A stretch of DNA of 64,000 bases from NCBI GenBank assembly GCA_017440755.1, contig JAFSGP010000012.1:2283-66282 (forward strand). The letters are read 5' to 3'. Under the pieces are notes generated by a model that saw only the letters and a program-made list of their open reading frames with translations, made no database searches and was not told the DNA's origin. Below, piece after piece: positions 59,767 through 64,000 of this stretch; the stretch's first letter is position 1, and each line of letters begins with the position of its first letter. Made by a program: the position numbers and the translations under genes. The stretch comes from Clostridia bacterium. GTDB taxonomy: Bacteria > Bacillota > Clostridia > Oscillospirales > Acutalibacteraceae.

Positions 59767-61808
59767 AGCCATGATAGCGTTCTCCATTCTTTGGCGGTGG
59801 TGATGTATTGTATCGGGGTTTGGTCGGTGGGGACGAAAACAACGGAGGAAGCATGCCCGCCCACGGTCAGGTGGGTGTGGGGCATGTCCAGCCGCCAGCT
59901 GTCCCCCAGATAGGTCCAGAAAATCATGTTTGTGCCAAAACGGTCGCCGCGGGAGAGGGTGGTAATGCCCTCGATGCCCGCCGTCCACAGGGCGGAATCG
60001 GCGCACAGCACGTGGGTTACCGCAACCTGCTCCAATAGATAACTAAGCTCGCCGGCGCGGTTGGGTTCGCCCTCGCCGATAAGCAGATAATCCAGTCGGT
60101 TACAGCCGATGTTATGCAGCAGGGTAGCGGCGTCCCGCAACCCGTCGCTGTGGCTGACAAGCAGCCCCCGCTGTCGGCGGTTTTCCGTTAACAGGGCGAT
60201 ACCCTCTCCGGCGGAGGCGGCGGTTACCACCGAGTGAGGGCGGGATAGGGCGTAATCCAAACCGCCTGCGGACAGGGTGATCGCCAGTAATCCGCCCGCC
60301 AAAACACAGCAGGTCAGCCGTCGGCAACGGCGAACGGCAATCACTAAGAGTATGCAGCCGCCGATAGCCAGCACCAATTGCCAGAGTTCCGTAATCGTGA
60401 TGATGCCGGCCACCCTGCCGCAAAGGCGGGTGACGGCGTGGGTTAGTTTGCTCAGTATACCTGCGCACAGCAGTACGGGCCGCCCTAAAAAGGCAAGGGG
60501 CGGCACTGCGCAGAGCAGGATACCTACCCAACCGCACAATAGAGCGCCGGCGGCAGGGGTAACCCCCAGCAGGTTGGCTACGGGGGTGATAAGAGGAAAC
60601 CGCCCGAAATAGGTGCATAACAGCGGCACCACGAACAGGGACGCGCTGCCGCACACCACCAGAGAGGTGAGAACGTGTTGGCGCAGTCGCCCTTTTTCGG
60701 CGGCAGAGGAATGTAAAGAAAAGGCACGAAACAGCCGCGGGGTCAAACACAGGATACCCGCCGTAGCGAGAAAGGAAAGAAGAAACCCCACGCTGGTTGC
60801 CGCGTAAGGATTATGCCCCAACAGTAGCATGGCGGCGAACCCTAAGGAATTCAGCCCGTCGGCGCGGCGGCGGAACAGCTGCCCCGCCAACCATATAAGA
60901 CACATGGTGCCCGCGCGAACCACCGACGGGGTGAACCCGATGAGCAGCATAAAGAACAACACCACGGGAATGGTGAGCGCGCAGGCTATACGGGACCCGA
61001 AACGGCGCAACAGGGCGGCTACCGCCAGCGTGATGAGGGAGAGGTGCAGCCCCGATACCACCAAGAGGTGGGATAATCCGCTGTCACGAAAGGCAGTCTC
61101 GATATGGGCGGGCAGACCGCGGGTCACACCGAGGCACAGCGCCGCCACAACGGCACCCTCGTCGCGGGGCAAGGCGCATCGCAGTTGTTTGTACAGATAT
61201 TGGCGCAGGGGCTGCAGGCTATGGCGGAGCGGGGAAGAAACATAGGCATCCGTCAAGGTGACGGCGTCCTCTCGCCCCTGCGGGAATGCCAGCAGAAATA
61301 TGCCGTCCGCTTGCAGAGCCGCCTGCCGTTGATTGGCGGCGGTGAGGGTGACGGTGGCTTGCACTGTTTGGTATTGGTCCGGTGCACAGGTGTCGTGGCA
61401 GTACAGCTTTACCGCGGTGCCCGTGGGAAGCCGTGTGGATTCCGTAACCCGCAGGGTGTACAGGCGCCCGCTGTCAGGGAGTTCCTCTATCCAGCCCGTC
61501 AGCGTGTCGGTTTGCCCGTCCTGTCGGATTAGGGGAGCCGTTTGAAAATAGCGATAGCCTGTACCGCTCAGCCAAAACAGAAGCAGCACACCAAAAAGCA
61601 GCAGCAGATGCGGGCGGCGCCACCGCGGTACCAGTAAAAGAGAAAGAAACAGCGCTATCGGCAGCAGAACGCACCACAGCGGCAGGCGAATCGCCGCCAG
61701 CGAGGCGAAATAGGCGACGATGCCACAGCAGAGCATGGTGCGGCGCAGCGGCCACGTCCGTTGCAAGTTGTATGTGAATTCGGACTCTTTTGTTACACGT
61801 CCTGCCAT
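59763..61808 (-). CDS. comEC: DNA internalization competence protein ComEC/Rec2
   Basis: Multi-TM competence domain with GLSHLLVVSGLHLSL. 681 aa. Confidence 0.85.
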   Translation of the reverse strand: MAGRVTKESEFTYNLQRTWPLRRTMLCCGIVAYFASLAAIRLPLWCVLLPIALFLSLLLVPRWRRPHLLLLFGVLLLFWLSGTGYRYFQTAPLIRQDGQTDTLTGWIEELPDSGRLYTLRVTESTRLPTGTAVKLYCHDTCAPDQYQTVQATVTLTAANQRQAALQADGIFLLAFPQGREDAVTLTDAYVSSPLRHSLQPLRQYLYKQLRCALPRDEGAVVAALCLGVTRGLPAHIETAFRDSGLSHLLVVSGLHLSLITLAVAALLRRFGSRIACALTIPVVLFFMLLIGFTPSVVRAGTMCLIWLAGQLFRRRADGLNSLGFAAMLLLGHNPYAATSVGFLLSFLATAGILCLTPRLFRAFSLHSSAAEKGRLRQHVLTSLVVCGSASLFVVPLLCTYFGRFPLITPVANLLGVTPAAGALLCGWVGILLCAVPPLAFLGRPVLLCAGILSKLTHAVTRLCGRVAGIITITELWQLVLAIGGCILLVIAVRRCRRLTCCVLAGGLLAITLSAGGLDYALSRPHSVVTAASAGEGIALLTENRRQRGLLVSHSDGLRDAATLLHNIGCNRLDYLLIGEGEPNRAGELSYLLEQVAVTHVLCADSALWTAGIEGITTLSRGDRFGTNMIFWTYLGDSWRLDMPHTHLTVGGHASSVVFVPTDQTPIQYITTAKEWRTLSWL

Positions 61809-61935
61809 TGGATCACCCGCCTGTTTTTACTGGCATAATTTTAGCATAATTTCAGCAGAATGTAAACCGTTTTCCCGTTTTGCGAGCGGAAAACCCACAG
61901 ATAATAAAAAAATTTAAAAGAATTGAAATTTTCTC

Positions 61936-61964
61936 TTGCTTTTTGAAAAAACCTATGCTATAAT
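61936..61964 (+). promoter_or_regulatory. putative tRNA-Pro promoter
   Basis: TTGCTT, 17-nt spacer, TGcTATAAT, about 17 nt before the tRNA 5' end. Confidence 0.55.
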
Positions 61965-61981
61965 ATCGTTCGCAATCGCAT

Positions 61982-62057
61982 CCGGGTGTGGCGCAGTTGG
62001 TAGCGCGCTTGACTGGGGGTCAAGAGGCCGTGAGTTCAAGTCTCGCCACTCGGACCA
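61982..62057 (+). tRNA. tRNA-Pro (anticodon GGG)
   Basis: Manual cloverleaf: CCGGGTG/CACTCGG acceptor (C1-G72, A73 as expected for bacterial tRNA-Pro), anticodon loop CTGGGGG (G37), T-arm GTGAG-TTCAAGT-CTCGC and encoded CCA. Confidence 0.85.
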
Positions 62058-62060
62058 AGC

Positions 62061-62100
62061 AAAAAGCCTTGAAACCAGTAGGTTTCGGGGCTTTTTGTTT
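62061..62100 (+). terminator. hairpin terminator after tRNA-Pro
   Basis: AAAAAGCCTTGAAACC-agta-GGTTTCGGGGCTTTTT (two G-T wobbles). Confidence 0.6.
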
Positions 62101-62143
62101 TTTGCCCATTTTCCCCCATTCTACCGGGTTTCTAACACCTTTT

Positions 62144-63289
62144 CTAACACTCGTCCCACAGGCTGCTGCTTAACTTGTCAGCCATACTTTGCTTGCGTGC
62201 TGCATCTAAATGTCCGTAGATGTTGGCGGTCATCTTGATGTCAGCGTGTCCCATCCACTCTTGCACATCCTTGAGGGTACAGCCGCTATTCAGCAGCAGG
62301 CTGGCACAACTATGCCGGAGTTCGTGAAAACGAATGACAGGCAAGCCGTGCTTTTTGAGCAGTAGCCGGAAATGCTTGGATACATAGTCCGGGGTAAAAG
62401 GCTGACCGTTCGCCCACTTGAATACATAGGGGGTTTGCTGGTATGCCTTGCCAAATTGCTCCCGGTTTTCGCTTTCTTGCCGCTTTGCCTCCTCAAAAAT
62501 GGCTCTTGCCTCCGGGGTGAGAGGAAAGGAACGGTGGCTGCTGGCGTTCTTGGTCTTGTCCTTGGCTATCGTCTTTGTCACCTTGGACACCGTATGTTTG
62601 ATGGTAAGCAGCCCAGCCTCAAAGTCAAGGCTATCCCATTGCAGCCCCAGCAATTCGCTGCGGCGTAGTCCATACAGGGCAGCAATTCGCACCAGCGGAG
62701 CAAGGGGGTCACCCTTTATTGCTCCAAACAAGGCTTGCATTTGGCTGGCGGTGTAGAATTGGGCTTGATACTGTTCCTCTTTCGGGAGTGTAACAAACTG
62801 GCAAGGGTTAGAGGATAGCAAGCCGTTTTTGACTGCTGCATTCAGCGTTTGGTTGACGATGTTTTTCAGCCGTCGCAGCGAAGCGGGGGACAGCCCTCCT
62901 TTTCCGTCCTTGCGTCCATTTGCGGCTTTTTCATCGAAAAAGGGTTGCAGGGTGTCGGCGGTAATTTCTCGCAGTTTGAGGCGGTTTTCGTCAAAGTAGG
63001 GCAGTATGTGGGTGTTGGCTAACACCTCATAGCCTTGATAGGTGACGGTGTCCACCTTGCGGATAATCACACCAAGCCATTGCCGGACGCAGTCAGCAAA
63101 CAGCATTTCCGCAGAGGGTTTCTGCGGCTCGTAGGTGAGCAGGGTCTCACGCAGCATTTGCTCGGCTTTTCGCTTGTTGCCTCTTTCATCCAGCCCGGTG
63201 GCTATCCATTTCACCTTTCGCTTGCGGTTTTCGTAGGTGTTGAGCACCATATAATATTTGCCGTTTTTTACTTGCAGACTACCTGTCAT
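62144..63289 (-). CDS. int: tyrosine-type site-specific integrase
   Basis: AAAGGAG RBS before ATG 63289. N-terminal arm-binding-like MTGSLQVKNGKYYMVLN. C-terminal HELRHSCASLLL...GHADIKMTANIYGHL (R..HxxR..Y catalytic set). Confidence 0.9.
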   Translation of the reverse strand: MTGSLQVKNGKYYMVLNTYENRKRKVKWIATGLDERGNKRKAEQMLRETLLTYEPQKPSAEMLFADCVRQWLGVIIRKVDTVTYQGYEVLANTHILPYFDENRLKLREITADTLQPFFDEKAANGRKDGKGGLSPASLRRLKNIVNQTLNAAVKNGLLSSNPCQFVTLPKEEQYQAQFYTASQMQALFGAIKGDPLAPLVRIAALYGLRRSELLGLQWDSLDFEAGLLTIKHTVSKVTKTIAKDKTKNASSHRSFPLTPEARAIFEEAKRQESENREQFGKAYQQTPYVFKWANGQPFTPDYVSKHFRLLLKKHGLPVIRFHELRHSCASLLLNSGCTLKDVQEWMGHADIKMTANIYGHLDAARKQSMADKLSSSLWDEC

Positions 63290-63328
63290 AATAAACTCCT
63301 TTCGTGACAGTGTGAGATTTGTCTGCAA

Positions 63329-63520
63329 CTACGATTTAACTGTGTATAGTGCGGATCGGGCATATGCTAACAAAGCAATTTTCGGAATGAGTATTTTTCG
63401 CCCGATGTGTTTACAGCCTATGAGATTATCTCGAATGAGGCGGTAAACGGAGTTTTTGCTAATGCCAAGAGCGGCAGCAACATCTTTCGGGGTGAGAATG
63501 TTGGGGTAATCCTTAAACAT
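63329..63520 (-). CDS. excisionase-like helix-turn-helix protein (63 aa)
   Basis: Internal ATG 63520 of the track ORF. LTPKDVAAALGISKNSVYRLIRDNLIGCKHIGRKILIPK is a MerR/Xis-type HTH. Confidence 0.65.
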   Translation of the reverse strand: MFKDYPNILTPKDVAAALGISKNSVYRLIRDNLIGCKHIGRKILIPKIALLAYARSALYTVKS

Positions 63521-63992
63521 CGCCGCACCCCCTTGTTTCCTCAAAGCCGGGGAGCATTTCCTCGACATCGTGAATTCGACGCAGGAATGCAGCGTAGGTC
63601 TCCGGCTCATTGTGCTGTACGTTGGGGTATTGCTGCTCCAAAGGGATATTGCTGATGATATAGACCCTATCGAAACAAGCCACTTTATTGGCATAACCAC
63701 AGGGCAGCATAACCGGGTATCCGTCCAAATATTTCAGCATATCGGCAATGAGTAGACTGGAACGGAATTCCTCAAAAATGATGACCTTTTCTCCTTTGTA
63801 ATCATCAAAGGGGTGGGTGTAGTCTGTCACTCGGTAAACGTTCTCATAGCCGTAGTGTTCCATCACGCTGCGTGTCTTGCCAGTCCCGGTTTGACCGTAC
63901 ATATAGGTCACGGAGAGCGGTCGCCATTTCTTGCGGTATTCGTCCTCTAACAGCGTTTGCCGGGCTTGCTCAATGTGAGTGAGCCGGGTCAT
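63513..63992 (-). CDS. SF3-helicase-domain protein (viral/plasmid Rep-like); the N-terminus may lie beyond the window
   Basis: Walker A YGQTGTGKT, Walker B VIIFEEF, motif C YIISNIP. The frame stays open upstream to the window edge. Confidence 0.55.
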   Translation of the reverse strand: MTRLTHIEQARQTLLEDEYRKKWRPLSVTYMYGQTGTGKTRSVMEHYGYENVYRVTDYTHPFDDYKGEKVIIFEEFRSSLLIADMLKYLDGYPVMLPCGYANKVACFDRVYIISNIPLEQQYPNVQHNEPETYAAFLRRIHDVEEMLPGFEETRGCGDV

Positions 63993-64000
63993 TGCCGTGG

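Larger units (their letters stand above)
62058..64000. mobile_element. left end of an integrative element (IME/ICE or prophage-like) inserted beside tRNA-Pro; continues beyond the window
   Basis: Tyrosine integrase, Xis-like HTH and an SF3-helicase gene immediately 3' of a tRNA. GC content is lower than in the flanking core. TTTCTAACAC occurs twice (62129-62138 and 62141-62150). Confidence 0.6.

Overview
GC-rich Clostridia-type chromosome segment. Sporulation genes (spoVT, spoIIP, spoVAEB), the rplU-prp-rpmA-obg cluster, a type III glutamine synthetase and a Re-citrate-synthase TCA branch suggest a spore-forming Oscillospiraceae/Ruminococcaceae-like organism; that assignment is inference only. 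About 65 genes are supportable, mostly housekeeping. These include a citrate synthase-GntR-aconitase-IDH-deoC operon, rpmG-secE-nusG-rplKAJL, acpP-rimI-tsaD, a two-component system, fba-coaX, mnmE and comEC-holA-rnmV. Non-housekeeping content falls into five groups. (1) About twenty GTAG-flanked GC-rich hairpin repeats (REP/BIME-like) sit at eight intergenic loci. (2) Several AT-rich islets stand out. One is a three-gene ORFan cassette array in which each gene carries a copy of one promoter module. Others are an XRE islet with a MITE-like inverted-repeat element and an RHH plus Cys-rich micro-ORF pair. (3) A tRNA-Arg locus carries a duplicated tRNA 3' end, a likely integration scar, next to iteron-like repeats. 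(4) An integrative element (tyrosine integrase, Xis-like HTH, SF3-helicase Rep-like gene) lies beside tRNA-Pro at the right edge. (5) A heptanucleotide microsatellite and a duplicated gene tail lie upstream of fba. Many long ORFs in the supplied track are antisense artefacts of high GC content and were rejected. No CRISPR array, rRNA or recognisable defence system was seen.
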